Shown here piece after piece: positions 62,700 to 64,000 of a stretch of DNA of 64,000 nt (the first letter of the stretch is position 1; every line of letters begins with the position of its first letter). The DNA is taken from positions 310,001-374,000 of the forward strand of contig LSRY02000061.1 of NCBI GenBank assembly GCA_001643675.2, written 5' to 3'. Under the pieces are notes generated by a model that saw nothing but the letters and a program-made list of their open reading frames with translations, was not told the DNA's origin and ran no database searches. Position numbers and translations under genes: made by a program. The stretch is from Monocercomonoides exilis PA203. Taxonomy: Eukaryota > Protista > Preaxostyla.

Positions 62700-63830
62700 T
62701 CGGTTAACAAAGTTCAACCAAATGGCTTATCACCATACATCTTCTCCATCTGCTCAACCAGATCTTCTCCATTGATTCCTTCTGTCAGTGGCCTCACACC
62801 ATCTCTCATCATTTCCCGCGCTTCTTCTGCATCACATTCGCTCAATGGCGCTTCGCCTGTTGTCATCTCATGGAGAATCAATCCAAGTGTGAAAACAACT
62901 GCCTTTTCGATTTCCTCTTCTTCATCTCCCGCTTCAGGCGCCTTCCATCACTTCATTTCTTCCTTTTCCTTTTCATCTTCCAACTCCTCTGTCAAAACAA
63001 ATATTTCATTTGTTTCTTCCTCAACGAAGATCAAATATGGTCACAATTGTTTCCCCATCATTTCCACCCTTTCGTCTCCAACTGATATCAAATGCTCAAA
63101 CAGCTCTGCAACTGCCAACTCCACTTCCTATTTATTGCAATTTCATTTTCAATTAATCTTCTAACATTGACATTAATTGCATTGAATCCTATCATTCAAC
63201 AAGTGAATTCCCCGCATTCAATTGAGACTGAACAATTCTTCCCACCGAGAGTTGAACTTGAATGAATGAATGCCATTCTTTTCGAATTCAACTGACCTTT
63301 CACAGCAAATGAAAGTCTCCTCATTGTCAGCGAACTCGAACATCCAACAAGCGATTCTTGTGTGAATGATCCTTCATCATTCCCATCCACACCGCCTCCA
63401 ACCGCATCCACAAACACACAATCAAATCCATTGTTCGCTCCAGCTTCTAAATGGAATGAACATCCAGTAATCACCAATTCCCCTTCTTTGTTTGAAATTA
63501 TTGTTTTGGCCGAGTTGTCAAACCCCGATGTTAGTTGAAGTTGGATATTCATCAATTCAAGATGAATATCATTTCCCATGAAATATTCCAATTGATTTCC
63601 AACTGCCTTTTCAAAATTCAAAGTTGCTTTCACATTCTCTTCTCCCATCTTCGTATCATTTTTGATCTGATAATTGGACAAGTTGAATGAATCTCGAATA
63701 ACAGTCGATCCTTCAATCTGAATTGTTTTCATTTCATCTCCCTCTTTCATATTTTAAATCCCTTTTCACATTGTGAAACATGGATCTTCCTCGTTTCCAC
63801 ATATTACAACATCAAATCCATTAGAAAAGC
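62700..63830 (-). pseudogene. Chimeric relic of the receptor family: ectodomain segment, a different module and a kinase-like C-lobe
   Basis: 63400-63800 closely matches 13650-14070 (KTIQIEGST..DSFN.SNYQIK...FVDA.GG). 62700-63120 reads K*WKAPE...KAVVFTLGLILHEMTTGEAPL...GVRP with stops. Confidence 0.8.
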
Positions 63831-64000
63831 ATAATCAATCTCATTTTTCATTTTTTTAAAAAAACATTAAAATGACAAACTCTTTTTAAGTTCATTGTTT
63901 TTATAATACAACATTGAATTGTTTTGTGTGATTATTGTTAAATCCAGCAAGATTTATTCATAAATGCATGTTTTGATCGAGTCTAATAAAAAAATACATT

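Noticed and set aside
1-64000. tRNA, rRNA or other structured RNA genes
   Set aside because: No recognisable conserved RNA motifs were seen by eye; tRNAscan-SE and Infernal would be needed to exclude them.

Overview
AT-rich, intron-containing eukaryotic DNA read in the standard genetic code. The gene families and splice style suggest an anaerobic metamonad such as the oxymonad Monocercomonoides (inference). Apparently intact genes: the 3' end of an unknown gene, a DENN-domain Rab GEF, two giant intronless paralogous type I membrane proteins (beta-helix/Pmp-like ectodomain, one TM helix, kinase-fold remnant; 10033-18180 minus and 52685-60460 plus), an FG-GAP propeller membrane protein, a bacterial-type ICMT/PEMT methyltransferase, a micro-exon SPRY-like gene, an ML-domain protein and an IS630/Tc1-type transposase. 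Decayed material: a Merlin/ISXO2 transposase, several Mutator (MULE) remnants, a multi-TM/TPR-hemerythrin pseudogene and fragments of the giant receptor family. The most notable structure is at 43180-50254. Two tandem shortened copies of the receptor gene lie inside long inverted repeats, and the repeat termini match those of a nearby MULE relic (34187-36600). This looks like a Pack-MULE-like vehicle carrying surface-receptor gene pieces. Conversion-like tracts and chimeric fragments in the same family point to an active diversification system. All alignments and domain calls were made by eye.
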